Source of the DNA: Malacoraja senta
Taxonomy: Eukaryota
Reading direction: 5' to 3'
Length of the DNA stretch: 47,797 nucleotides
Assembly (NCBI GenBank): GCA_038087875.1
Contig: JAXLNO010005746.1
Span: 62,001-109,797 of the forward strand
The number at the start of each line of letters is the position of its first letter. Positions within the stretch are counted from its first letter, which is position 1. Shown here piece by piece: positions 32,369 through 47,300 of the stretch. The notes under the pieces were generated by a model. The model was not told the origin of the DNA. It ran no database searches and worked only from the letters and a program-made list of their open reading frames with translations. The position numbers were made by a program, and so were the translations under genes.

Positions 32369-35300
32369 ACCTAGGTCTCTGGTGGTGGTTGCAGTTCCAC
32401 CTTCAGCAAACCCAACACCACAAATATCACCCAGAACAAGCCTCTCCATCACCAGTGTAGCAGTGTGACAACACAATGTGAGCAACTCACAACAAAATAG
32501 GTTGAGAAACAGGAAGACACAAGGAAGTACAGATGCAGTGATATCTGATAGTCCGCTCGAGTAGATTGCAACCCAATGGTGGGAACATTGAATTTTCTAG
32601 TGTTAAGTAATTAACCCACAACAATCTTTTCCCCTAATCTCCGTCCCTTTCCACATCTATATATATATATATATATATATCCTTTCTTCCAGCTTCATAT
32701 TTCATGCCTCTTCTCTCAATATCTCATATCACCATATCTCACAGCCTTTTATCTTCTTTCCATCTCTGGCCTTCGTCCACCCATCAGCCAATAACCCTCT
32801 CTCCCTCACCTGTATCCACCTATCACTTGCCAGGCTTCAGCCTTCCCCCACCTCTCTCCCAGCTTTCTCCCCCCTACTACAATCAGCCTGAAGAAGGGTC
32901 CCAACCCAAAACCTTACCTATCCATGTTCTCTGGAGATGCTGCCTGGCCCATTGAGTTACTCCAGCATTATATGTCTGTTTTTGAGAAATAGGAAGTTGT
33001 GAGGTTGATAAGAAGATTTGAACAACAGTGTAAATATTTTGAAACCAAATCATTGGTTCCACGGGTTAGGGTTGTTATGACAGTATGCAGGGTGGGTTAT
33101 CAGATCTGTGAGGTGTGGAGAACCATGGTCAAGTCCAAATCCACCCGCATGTCACAGTGCCAGGGTGAAGGGTGAGTGGGGCAGAGCAGGGTGGGACACT
33201 GGCACCAGAGTTAAACTCATAGTCATATAGTGCAGAAACAGGCCCTTCTTCCCAACTTGACCATGCTGACCAAACTGCCCACCTACACTTGTAGTAGTGT
33301 AGTTACTATATGTAGTGTACTCCAGCAGTATGAACATTGACTTCTCCAATTTCAGGTGGTCCTTGCTTTCTCCCTCCTTCCCCTTCCCTTCCCAGCTCTC
33401 CCACAGCCTACTGTCACCTTCTCTTCCGTTCTTCTTCCTGCCTCCCGCCCCCACCTCCACATCAGTCTGAAGAAGGATCTCGACCCGAAACATCACCTAT
33501 TCCTTCGCTCCATAGATGCTGCCTCACCCGCTGAGTTTCTCCAGCATTTTTTACTACCTTCGTTTTTTCCAGCATCTGCAGTTCTTTCTTAAACCTAAAC
33601 TAGTTTAGTTTAGTTTAGAGATACAGCGTGGAAACTGGCCCTTCGCCTACCGAGTCCGCACCGAACAGTGATCCCACGCATTAACATCCTACATGCACTG
33701 GGGACTATTTATACTTATACCAAGCCAACTAACCTACTAACCAATACGTTTTTGGAGTGTGGGAGGAAACTGAAGATCTCGGAGAAAACCCAGGCGGTCA
33801 CGGGGAGAACGTACAAACTCCCTAAACAAGAGTGAGGGTTAACTTCTGGATTCACCCTCAGACACAGACACATTACCTTGGTTTTACAGTAGAAATCCCT
33901 TCAAATGCTTTCATGAAGTTCTTTTCCAAAATAATTGCTATATACACAGTCATAGTGTGACTCAGTGTGGAAACAGGCCCTTCTGCCCAACTTGCCGACA
34001 CCAGCCAACATGTCCCAGGCCAGCTACACTAGTTCCACCTGCTCGCATTTGCCCCATATCCCTCCAAACCTGTCCTATCCAAGTACCCTATCTAACTGTA
34101 TCTAAAACGTTAGGATAGTCCCTGCCTCACTACCTCCTCTGGCAGTTTGTTCCATATACCCACCACCCTTTCTGTGAAAAAGTTACCCCTCAGATTCCTA
34201 TTGAATCTTTTCCCCTTCACATTACACCTATGTCCTCTGGTCCCCGATTCACCTGCACTGGGAAAGTGACACTGTGCATCTACCCAATCTATTCCTCTTG
34301 TAATTTTATACATCTCTATAAGATCACCGCTCATCCTCCTGCGCTCCAAGGAATGGAATCCCAGCCTACTCAACCTCACTATAGCTCAGACCATGTAATC
34401 CTGGCAACATCCTCATAAATCTTCTCTGTATCCTTTCCAGCTAGACAACATCTTTCCTATAACACGATGCTTTTGAAAGACCCATCTGGTTATTATATCA
34501 ATTGATCACTAATTACTGTTCTCACCTCTAATGACAAGAGCAGCTTAGGTTAACCAATAAAATATGTTTGTTAATAAACAGCTTTTTAAACAAAACCAGT
34601 TCTGCTGTTTGGCATAATTCTTTCCTAAAAGCAAGTGATTATACAATCCTTATACAATACTTGGGGTGCTGTATCAGGTAATATGGTTAATGTAGCTATT
34701 TATTGCAGATAAATTGCAGGGGTGTGGAGGCAAGGTCAATGGATATTTTAAAGTTAGTTTTGATGTAGGAACAGGCCAGGGTAACATGTAGGCTATGAGA
34801 AAGATTAGTCTTTAGATTCTGGAGTAGTTCCTGAGGATTGGAGGGTAGCTAATGTAACCCCACTTTTTAAAAATGGAGGGAGAGAGAAAACGGGGAATTA
34901 CAGACCAGTTAGTCTAACATCGGTAGTGGGGAAACTGCTAGAGTCAGTTATTAAAGATGGGATAGCAGCACATTTGGAAAATGGTGAAATCATTGAACAA
35001 AGTCAGCATCGATTTATGAAAGGTAAATCATGTCTGACGAATCTTATAGAAGTTTCTAGGATGTAACTAGTAGAGTGGATAAGGGAGAACCAGTGGATGT
35101 GTTATATCTGGACTTTCAGAAGGCTTTCGACAAGGTCCCACATAAGAGATTAATATACAAACTTAAAGCACACGGTATTGGGGGTTCAGTATTGATGTGG
35201 ATAGAGAACTGGCTGGCAGACAGGAAGCAAAGAGTAGGAGTAAACGGGTCCTTTTCAGAATGGCAGGCAGTGACTAGTGGGGTACCGCAAAGCTCAGTGC

Positions 35301-38300
35301 TGGGACCCCAGCTATTTTCAATATATATTAATGATCTGGACGAGGGAATTGAATGCAACATCTCCAAGTTTGTGGATGACACGAAGCTGGCAGGCACTGT
35401 TAGCTGTGAGGAGTGTGCTAGGTGGCTGCAAGATGACTTGGATAGGCTGGGTGAGTGGGCAAATGCATGGCAGATGCAGTATAATGTGGATAAATGTGAG
35501 GTTATCCACTTTGTGGCAAAAACAGGAAAGTAGACTATTACCTGAATGGTGGCCAATTAGGAAAAGGGGAGATGCAACGAGACGTGGGTGTCATGGTACA
35601 CCAGTCATTGAAAGTAGGCATGCAGGTGCAGCAGGCAGTGAAGAAAGCGAATGGTATGTTAGCATTCATAGCAAAAGGACTTGAGTATAGGAGCAGGGAG
35701 ATTCTACTGCAGTTGTACAGGGTCTTGGTGAGACCACACCTGGAGTATTGCGTACAGTTTTGGTCTCCTAATCTGAGGAAGGACATTCTTGCCATAGAGG
35801 GAGTACAGAGAAGGTTCACCAGACAGATTCCTGGGATGTCAGGACTTTCATATGAAGAAAGACTGGATAGACTTGGCTTGTACTCGCTAGAATTTAGAAG
35901 ATTGAGGGGGAATCTTATAGAAACTTACAAAATTCTTAAGGGGTTGGACAGGCTAGATGCAGGAAGATTGTTCCCGATGTTGGGGAAGTCCAGAACAAGG
36001 GGTCACCGTTTAAGGATAAAGGGGAAATCTTTTAGGACTGAGATGAGAAAAACATTTTTTTTTTTTTGAAAATATTTTTTATTGGAGATAAAACACAACA
36101 TATTATCATCATTACCAGTCTTACATTTTTAAATTGATAATATCGTCAATTATTATTACATTGTCTCCAATACCTTTTGCCTTTTTTAAAAAAAAATTTT
36201 AAACTAGATAGAACTAAAAAGATAGATGAAGTAAAGAAAGAAAAAAAAAAAAGAAAACAGAGAAGAAAAAGATAGTTAAAGAAGAATGGAAACATTTATT
36301 AAGATAAAAAACTTCGTTCGAGATATATTCGTACATTTCAGAGTATAACATTTCATCCATTCTTTAGCCCGAGTGCTAGTCAGGTTCTTGTGCTGAACCA
36401 TTCTGACCCTTTAAATAATCAATAAAGGGAGACCATGTTCCAACGAATAATTCCTGTTTGTCCAACAGGGCAAATCTGATTCTTTTCTTTCCACATTTGA
36501 TTCTGATTCCACATCTGATTCTTTCCACATTTAAGGTCTCCGTCATTTCTATAATCCACATTTTGATTGTGGGGGTTATAGGGCCTTTCCAAATCGCTGC
36601 AGGTAAGACCCGATTTTCTCCCGTTTTCAGATTCTTCGGCACGGAGCTAGTTGGCACTGGACTCAAGCCTCCATAGCGCCACCGGAAGTCAGTAAAAAAA
36701 AAAAAAAAGGGGGTAATCCTTTAGGACCGAGATGAGAAAAACATTTTTTACACAGAGAGTGGTGAATCTCTGGAATTCTCTGCCACAGAATGTAGTTGAG
36801 GCCAGTTCATTGGCTATATTTAAGAGGGAGTTAGATGTGGCCCTTGTGGCTAAAGGGATCAGGGGGTATGGAGAGGATGCAGGTGCAGGATACTGAGTTG
36901 GATGATCAGCCATGATCATATTGAATGGCGGTGCAGGCTCGAAGGGACGAATGGCCTACTCCAGCACCTATTTTCTATGTTTTTATGTTTCTATGCTTGG
37001 TTTAGAGATACCGCATGGAAACAGGCCCATTGGCCCACCGAGTCCACGCCGACCATTGATCACCTGTACACACTATGTTTAAGAAGGAACTGCAGATGCT
37101 GGAACATGAAGGTAGACAAAAACGCTGAGTTTCTCCAGCATTTTTGTCTACCTGTACACACTAGTTCTGTTATCCCACTTTTCTCATCCATTCCCTACAC
37201 ATTTGCGACAATCTTGCAGAGGTATTTAACCTACAAACTCGCATGGATTAGGGATGTGGGAGGAAACCAGAGCACCTGGAGGAAACCCACGAGGTCACAG
37301 GGAGAACGTTCAAACTCCACACAGACAGCACCCGTAGTCAGGATCAAACCCGGGTCTCTGGCGCTGTGAGGCAGCAGCTAACCGCTGCACCTCCGTGCTG
37401 CACTGAAGAGAGAAAGCAGGCTTGCGAGAGCAGACAGCAGAGCAGCAGGCCAGAGTGACAGCATCTGGAGTGGGAGTTGAACCCACAACACTCTGACTCC
37501 GGGTTTTTTTAAATTTCAAAATATACTTTATTAGAAAAATAAAATATATACAATTCATGATCCTTACAAAACTCCATCCGACATTCTCGGAGGCTAGACA
37601 TACATTCAATACTGTTTACACAAATTACACAAATTTACCCCATACCCTTGCCACTCATGTGGCCCACTGGCGTGGGATACCTTCCCTTATTTTGAAGGGC
37701 ATCTCCACCACACCCTGCCACAAACTGACCTTTTGCTGGATGTCTACGCTGGCCCATGGTGTGGCTCAAGTAGCCTGGGAAAGTCACCCAAGACACCCTT
37801 GAGAGAGAGGGTGATGAATTTGTGCCCTAGCCTCAGAATAAAAGGGCATAGTTTGAGAAAGGAGATGAGAACGAATTTCTTTAGTCAGAGGGTGGTGAAT
37901 CTGTGGAAATCATTGCGACAGAAGGATGTGGAGGCCAAGTCAAAGGACATTTTTAAGGCGGAGATTGATAGATTCTTGATTAGTACGAGTGTCGGGGGTT
38001 ATGGGGAGAAGGCAGGAGAATGGGGTCGAGAGGGAAAGATAGATCAGCCATGATTGATTGAATGGCGGAGTGGATCTGATGGGCCGAATGTCCTAATTCT
38101 GCTCTTATAACTTATGAACATGATCTGGATTGATCTGATCATCTATCTCCACACAGAGGCTCCTTGATCGTCAGTGGGGAGGGTGTGCTGCCTGTCCTAT
38201 ACCACTGTAGGACATAGTGGCAGGGTGAGGGGTGACCTCTGGAACTCAGCTCCAAACATTTTATTTATCGGAGTCGCTGCCTCAAAAAGGCACCAATGTT

Positions 38301-41300
38301 TGCAGACACTTCTGTACATCCTGACATTCACCCAAAAGACAGCAGTACGTAGACTAGAACTCAAAGCTGGCTCTCCAGAATGTGAACTTTTAACTTTATT
38401 ACCAATAGAATTGCCGTGTAAAATGCTGCACTTTGAATAATGGTTAAAGTAATCCAATGTAAATGAAGATGGCTGAATTTTGTCATAGGTGAAAGGAGTA
38501 GAATTAGGCCATTCGGCCCATCAAGTCTATTGCGCCATTCAATCATGGCTGATCCATCTCTCCCTCCTAACCCCATTCTCCTGCCTTCTCCCCATAACCC
38601 GTGACACCTGAACTAATTAAGAATCTCTCTATCTCTGCCTTAAAAATATCCACTGACAGCCTCTGTGGCAAAGAATTCCACAGATTCATCACCCTCTGAC
38701 TAAAGGTTTATTGAGCAATTCTTTGCAATAATTTCATTTTGCATTGCAACTTGCATTTCAACAGTGCATTAAAGGTGCTGGAAAAGTCTCGAGGTTCTTC
38801 ACAGCACCATTGTCAGGTGGAATTTGGCATCGAATCACATGCTGGTTCGAGATACAGCATGGAAACAGACCCTTCGGCCCACCGAGTCCACGCTGACCAT
38901 CGATCACCTGTTCACACTAGTCCCACATTACACCGCTTTTGCATGCACTCCCTACACATTGAGTGCAATTCGACAAGAGGGCCAATTAACCTACAGAGCC
39001 ACACGTTTTGGGGATGTGGGAGGATGCCGGAGCACCCAGAGGAGACCCACGCGGTCACAGGGAGAACGTGCAAACTCCACACCGATAGCGCCGGAGGTCA
39101 GAATTGAACCTAGGTCTCTGGTGGTGGTTGCAGTTCCACCTTCAGCAACCCCAACCCCACAAATATCACCCAGTACAACCCTCTCCATCACCAGTGTAGC
39201 AGTGTTACAACACAATGCTAGCAACTCACGTCAAAATAGGTTGAGAAACAGGAAGACACAAGGAAGTACAGATGCAGTAATATCTGATAGTCTGCTCGGG
39301 TAGATTGCAACCCAATGGTGGGAACATTGAATTTTCTAGTTTTAAGTAATTAACCCACAACAATCCTTTCCCCTAACCTCCATCCCTTTCCAACTATATA
39401 TATCCTTTCTTCCAGCTTCACATTTCATGCCTCTTCTCTCCATATCCCAAAGCTTTTTATCTTCTTTCCATCTCTGGCCTTCGTTCACCCATCAGTCAAT
39501 AACCATCTCTCCCTCACCTGTATCCACCTATCACTTGCCAGTCTTCATCCTTCCCCCACCTCTCTCCCAACTTTCTCCCCCCTACTACAATCAGCCTGAA
39601 GAAGGGTCCCAACCGAAAACGTTACCTATCCATGTTCTCTGGAGATGCTCCCTGGCCCATTGAGTTACTCCAGCATTATATGTTTGTTTTTGAGAAATAG
39701 GAAGTTGTGAGGTTGATAAGAAGATTTGAACACCAGTGTAAATATTTTGAAACCAAATCATTGGTTCTACGGGTTAGGGTTGTTATGACTATGCAGGGTG
39801 GGTTATCAGATCTGTGAGGTGTGGAGAACCATGGTCAAATCCAAATCCACCTACATGTCACAGTGCCAGCGTGAAGGGTGAGTGGGGCAGAGCAGGGCGG
39901 GGCACTGGCACCAGAGTTAAACTCATAGAGTCATATAGCACAGAAACAGGCCCTTCTTCCCAACTTGACCATGCTGACCAAACTGCTTACCCACAATAGT
40001 TTAGTTTAGAGATACAGCGTGGAAACTGACCCTTCGTCCCACCGAGCCCGCACCGAACAGCAATCCCCACGCATTAACACTATCCTACACGCACTAGGGA
40101 CTATTTACAGCTGTTCCAAGCCAACTAACCTACAAACCTATATTTTTGGAGTGTGGGAGGAAAATGAAGATCTCGAAGAAAACCCAGGCGGTCACAGGGA
40201 GAATGTACAAATTCCATACAGACAGCACCCGTAGTCTGTCTAACAGTCGAACCTGTCTGTAAGCGCTGTAAGGCAGCAGCTCTACCACTGCGCCACCCTA
40301 GTCCACTAGTCCCACTTGCCCGCATTTGACCCATCTCCTCATATATTGGTAAATATCCATTTTTTACCCTCAGCCCGAAGTAGTGTCTCGGCCGGAATAC
40401 AAACATGCACTTTTTGCCTCCACAGATGCTGCCTGACCCGTTGAGTTTTTCAGGTGTTCTGCCTATTGTTCCAGATTCTAGTATATGCAATCTCCTTTGT
40501 CTTCTCCCTCACACAACCCTAATCCTACCTCAACAATGTTATCTCACAGAAGCTGATGGGTATATGGAAGGAACATGTCCAGAGGAGCTAGTGGAGACAG
40601 GTACTATTAACAACATTTAAAAGCATTAGGACATGGTACGTGAATAGGAAAGGTTTGTAGGGACAGGGGTCAAACAAAGGCCTGATTTTTACGGTGGCGC
40701 AGCCGTAGAGTTGCTGCCTTACATTGTATAACAGCGCCAGATACCCGGGTTTGATCCTGGCTACAGGTGCTTGTCTGTACATAGTCTGTACTTTCTCCCA
40801 GTGACCTGCATGAGTTTTCTCCGAGAACTTCAGTTTCCTCCCACACTCCAAAGATGAACAGCTTTGTAGGTTAATTGGGTTGGTGTAAATGTAAACATTT
40901 GTGTTGATGTGCGGGGATCACTGGACGGTGCGGACACGGTGGGCCGGAGGGCCTGTTTCCGCACTGTATCTCTAAACTAAACTAAACTAAAGAGGGACTA
41001 GCGTACATGGGACATCTTGATCGGCATAGGGCAAGTTGTTTCCGTGCTGTATCACTCTATGATTTTATGAATCACATCCTCAAACTAAGCTTTACCCGGT
41101 CTCCGATGCTCAAATATGTGAATTGTCCTTCAAGGAGTTTATCTGGTGACGTGAGTTGACTTATCTGATCGCGTTTGGCAATAGACAATAGACAATATGT
41201 GCAGGAGTAGGCCTTTCGGCTCTTCGAGCCAGCATTGCCATTCAATATGATCATGGCTGATCATCCACAATCAGTACCCCTTTCCTGCCTTCTCCCCATT

Positions 41301-44300
41301 TCCCTGACTCCGCCATCTTTAAGAGCCCTATCTAGCTCTCTCTTGAAAGTATCCAGAGAACCTGCCTCCACCGCCCTCTGAGGCAGAGGATTCCACAGAC
41401 TCACAACTCTCTGTGTGAAAAAGTTCACACATTCCAGGAGTAGAATTTGGCCATTCGGCCCATCGAGTCTACTCCGCCATTCAAACATGGCTGATCTCTG
41501 CCTCCTAACCCCATTCAAGTTCGGACACAGTGTGCCTGCATTTGGGGGAGGGGGTTGAGGGGGTGGGCAAGGGAATGTTTGCAGTGGCGGACAGAGCGCC
41601 AGTCAAGTGGGCAAATGTCACCAGGATGAAGCAGAGCTTCGAGGAGATGCTCCAATCCAGGCAACAGGAGAGCGTTGCAGCGCACTCCTGATAGGTGCAT
41701 TGTCCGTGGTGAGGAGGCTGGGGGAGGTGGCAAGTGAGTCACCAAGTTAGTCTCGAACCACTGCAAAGTCGTTTCCTGAGTAAACGGAAATTGACTGTTT
41801 GACTTCTGTTGTGAATGAGGAAGAGGACAACTCAAACGCAGTGCAGGGACCAAACCGATCCAACGTAGCCGAGACATGGCGGTGGGACAGGGAGAATTCA
41901 CCCACCAGAAACGGCCCAGATCCAGGGGAACAGTCGCTCTGCTGGTTCTTGTCGCTGTTGGTCTCACACCAGGTAAATCGTTGTTTTACAAAATGCTCTG
42001 TTCTTTAGAATTATTTACCAGCGCCTTGAATTATTTGTAACCGAGGACTTCTCTGTACTGTGTGGGGAGCTGATGATCAATTGCTTAACACTCGTTAGTT
42101 CCTGTAGAGACTTCCATCAGCGGCTGTTGTCGTGTTGTGTGCAGCCAAATCGCACACAGCTAGCTCCCTGTGGAGAAGGGAGATAACCATCTAGAGCTTG
42201 CCTGGCCTTGTGGACCTCATTGAAACTTACCGAATAATGAAGTTTAATGTTTAATACCGAATAATGAAGGCCTGGATAGAGTGGATGGGATGAGGATGTT
42301 TCCATTAATGGGAGAGTCTAGGACCAGAGGCCGCAGCCTGAGAATTAAAGTCCGCAGCTGGCCCTGTTGATCTTGGGTGTAGGGGTAACTCTTGGCCCCA
42401 GAACAGATAGTTTGCTCCACTATTCTGGTGCAAACTATCTACAGGTGAACTTTCTCAGTGACTTGAGAGAGCAGACAGCAGATCAGCTAAATGCCTCGGC
42501 AAAGTGACATCACCTCCAGCAGTGGTGATTCCCCTCAGTACCGCACTCCCTCTGTCCTCGAGCTTCGGGAGTGGGAGTTGAACCAACGACTCTCTGACTT
42601 TTGGTGTGGTTCAGTTAGCCTGGGACAGAAGTTCTCCTCTTCTACCCGACGAGAATTCTGCAACACCCTCCCTCGCTGTTCCCCCTCTGTGATTCCTCCT
42701 GCTCTCCGGCTCTGCGATCTACATTTCCTTATCACCATCTGCTTTGTTCTGTCGTTTTCACGCCTTACCTCTTGCATATCTCTTGACTTCCTCCACCCCC
42801 CGACACTCGGTCTGAAGAAGGGTCTCGACCCAAAACGTCACCCATTCCTTCTCTCCATAGATGCCGCCTGACCCGCTGCGTTACTCCAGCATTTAGTGTC
42901 TATCAAAGACACACGGCACTCCCTCCACGCACTGCAATGGGAAATGTTGAACCTAAACCTTAGCATATTCAAAGAAAAAACCTGTGAAAGCCAGCCGATG
43001 GGAACAGGCGGGCATCTCAAATGAGGAAGCACCAGAGTGACTGTCCAATTTAGCATTTGGAGAAGTTGTGGTAATCTCTCTGTAAAGACTGTCCAAACAC
43101 ATGGTGTCTTCACTCTAGTTTATTGCATACATTGTATTCGTATACACACATATTGCCCTAGCTGTTCGTGGTCCGTTACCGGAGCTAGAGAGCGAGCTAG
43201 GGGTGGGAAGGTTACATTTATACTGAAGCTAATGGGGAGTGGTTAGTAGAAGTGAGGTCACCATGTTAAAGGAACATGCACGGCTCTACATCTCCACTCT
43301 GAGGAAAGCCAGCTTCCTTACAACAGACTCTGCTGCTCGAGCTGTTCTTCACACCGTGCTTTCCCCAGCCTCTGAGTTCGGACCTGGACTGATCTGATGA
43401 TGTGTCTCCACCCCAGCTCCTGAATCTGCAGAGTTTCACATGTGTTAGAGTCATAGTGATACAGTGTGGAAACAGGCCCTTCGGCCCAACTTACCCACAC
43501 CGGCCAACATGTCTCAGTAACACCTGTCCCACCTGTTTACGTTTGGTACATGTCCCTTCAAACCTGTCCTATCCATGTACCTGTCCAACTGTTTCTTAAA
43601 TGATGGGATAGTCCTTGCCTCAACTATTTCCTCTGGCAGCTTGATCCATACACCGACCAGACTTTGTGTGAAAAAGACACCTCATGATTATTCCAGGTGG
43701 ACGTGGAGTTTGAAACATCAGTGGCAGATCCAGCTTCCACCTCAGGCCGGGAAGTTTAGTTCAATGGGGCACAAAGTGCTGGCGTAACTCAGTAGGTCAG
43801 GCAGTATCTCATGGTCTTGACTTGAAACGTCACCTATCCATGTTCTCCACAGATGCTGCCTGACCTGCTGAGTCACCACTGGCTATTCAGCTTTAGTAAA
43901 ATACAAAGTGCTGGAGTAACACTGCAGGTCAAGCTGCATCACTTGGTGACTTTCCATTAGTGACTTTAGAGATACAGCACGGAAACAGGCCCTTTGGCCC
44001 ACAAAGTCCACGCCGACCATCGATCACATGGCACAGTAACACTATCCTACACACGAGGAACAAATTACAATTTTAACATAAGCCAGTTAACCTACAAACC
44101 TGCATGTCTTTGGAGTGTGGGAGGAAACTGGAGAAAGCCCACGCTGTCACGGGGAGAACGTACAAACTCCGTACAGACAGCACCCGAGGTTAGGATCAAA
44201 CACGGGTCTCTGGCGCTGTAAGGCAGCAACTCTACCCCTGTGCCACTGTGCCACCATGTCTCTACCTGTAACATTACATATCCATGTTCTCCAGCGATGT

Positions 44301-47300
44301 TGCCTGACCTGCTGAGGCATCACAGGCAGCTGCCTATTCAGCTTTAGTAAAGCACAAAGTGCTGGAGTTCAAGTTCAAGTCCAAGTGAGTTTATTGTAAT
44401 GTGTCCCTGATAGGACAATGAAATTCTTGCTTTGCTTCAGCACACAGAACATAGTAGGCATTTACTACAAAACAAATCAGTGTGTCCATATACCATACCA
44501 TACCAGTAAGTCAGCAGGTCAGGCAGCATCTCTGGAGAACATGGATAGGTGACGTTTACGGTTGAGACCTGAATAAGGGGTAGGCCATTTTGGACTCAAA
44601 TGAGGAAAAACCTTTTCACCCAGAGAATTCCACTTTCTCCAGAGATAGTTCCTGACCCGTTGAGTTACTCCAGCACTTTGTGTCCTTTTGAGTATTAACC
44701 AGCATCTGCAGTTCCTTGTTTCTACTTGTTCAATGGGGAAGTGGGTTGTAGTGAGATTGAACACAGGGTGGGTCAGAGTGAGTGACAGGTTTGGCTTCCT
44801 GTCACATGACCACCACTCAGGTCAAGCCACGCCCACAGGGAAGGATGATCCGGGCGCCAGGTAGATTCAGAAGCACTTCTGCTTTCACTGGAACTTGGGG
44901 AACAATCCCGGTGAAATGGGAATTAACACCTGCGGGAAAAGCATTAAAGTGCAACAGGTTCTATGCAAAAGAAGAGAGACACAAAATGCTGGAGTAACCT
45001 CAGCGGGACGGGCAGCATCTCTGGAGAGAAGGAATGGGTGAGGGAACATCACCTGTCGGTTTCTCCAGAGATGCTGGCTGCCCCGCTGAGTTACTCCAGC
45101 TCTTTGTGTCTATCTTTGGTGTAAACCAGCACCTGCAGTCCCTTGCTGCACATGATCTATGCGAAACCATGAACCTGTCTGAACAGCACAAATGACATGT
45201 TTTTTATTGTTAAACCTCAGCTTGTGTTGCTGCAGTGTGAGTGATCTTTCATCATTAATGTGCCCACAGGGTCATGGGGAATAACTGGACCCGAGGAGGT
45301 GAGGGGAGAGTTGGGGCAGTCGGTCACTGTGGAATGTCCATATGATCAGGAATACAGTGACAACAGAAGCTATGGAGTAAAGGTGATGATTACTGGAAAT
45401 CATCTACCGTGGTTTCTACTGATCACCCACGACAAGGGGGAACATCGATGACTGATAACAAAACAGAACAGATACTTTCAGTAACCATCGACAAACTGGA
45501 GAAGAGTGATGAAGGACGCTACTGGTGTGTGATAGGAAAGGCAATAGTGTCATTCAATGAAAAGACCTCCATCTCATTGAAGGTTTCTGAAGGTACATTG
45601 ACGATCTCTCCTCACTCTCCCAGATGTGAAAATTCCAGCCTGGGGATTTCCCGGCCTCGGTCATGACGGTGCCACATCCCCGGGGGTCCGTGGGGGGGAG
45701 GAGTTTGGGGGGAGGTGAGGGGGGGTAGGGGGGACCCGCTGCATGGGGCCACACCAAGATCCCACTGTCCCAGGAGCAGTGTGGGGGGTGGGGGGGATCT
45801 CATCAATGGGGACCGGCGGTCCTGCTGCTGACGGTTCATTTCCCCAAACACGATCTCTCCGGGACCAGAACCTCTGGTGCCCCCTCACTGGAGCAGGGGG
45901 GGTGGAACCACCCCCTCACCCTCTCCCCCTTCCCGTCAATGTCACACCCACCACACACACAACATCTGAAGAAGGGTCCCCAAGCCTATACATCGTCTAT
46001 TCATTCCATCCACAGATGCTGCCTGACTTGCTGAGTTACTCCAGCACTTTGTGTATTGCTCAAGATTCCAACACCTGCAATTCCTTGTGTCTCACAAACT
46101 ATGGTGATTCATGAGCTCAGTTTATGTTGTCGCCTGTACTGAGGTACAGGGAAAAGCTTTTACCATGTTTCCAATGAGGGCCAAGTCATTGGGTATTTTA
46201 AGTGGAGATTGACATGTTCTTGATTAGTACGCATGTCAAGCGATATGAGGAGAAGGCAGGAGAATGGGGTTGAGAGGGAGAGATAGATCAGCCATGATTA
46301 AATGGCGGAGTAGACTCAATGGACCAAATGGCCTAATTTTGCCCCTATTATTTATGAACTTATGAACTAAGAATCCGCATGATGTGAGTGATATAGACTT
46401 TACACTGAGCCACACAAACTGTACAAGATGAAATACTCAACGGGTCGGGCAGCATTTATGGAGAGAGACGAGACTTAATGTTTCAGGTAGATACCTCCAA
46501 CCAAATTGCATTATTTTCAATTCAGTCCACGTAATGAAAATAGTCCATGGATCCTCCCACTCCCAAGTTCTTCTCCAACGTAGAAGACACTTGCCTAACT
46601 CCAGCAGCAGGCAGACAACACAGCCTGTGGGACTCTGAAGGGCATGAAAGAAGTCAATGAATGCTTGCGACCATCCGGTGGCATCTTAATGGGTGAGCCT
46701 CCTGTCTAGATCAAGAGGCTTGGTCCATCTATGGTGGCCTCAGAAGGATCTTTGCCCAAATGTGTGGAGTCGGATTTGAACCCAGGAATCTCCCCACACA
46801 GAGCAAGAGCGTTCCCAACTGAGGCATCTCCCACACCTCACTAAAGAGGCACAGGACGTGCTCTCAGACATTTAATGTTCAAAAACTTCATTCACTTTAT
46901 CTCCACAAGGGTCTCAAACAAGCCGCCCAGATATGATCATCACCACCGAGGCAGCAAGTTCCACTGAGTCTCTTGGTTCAACACCTCCAAACAGGTTAGT
47001 AACTCGAAGAGCCAACTCAGCCTCACCTGAGAACAAATTAGTTAAGTTCAGTTCAGCTCAGTTAAAAGATACAGCGTGGAAATGGACCCTTTGGCCCACC
47101 GAGTCCGCTCTGATCAGCGATCACCCCATACACTAGTTCTGTTCTACACACTAGGGGCAATTTACTACAAACCGGCATGTCTTTGGAATGTGGGAGGATA
47201 CTGGAGAACCCAGAGTAAACTCTTGTGATCACAGGGAGAACATACAAACTATGTACTGACAGCACCAGTAGTCCGGTAGGATCGTATCCTATTGTTAGTA

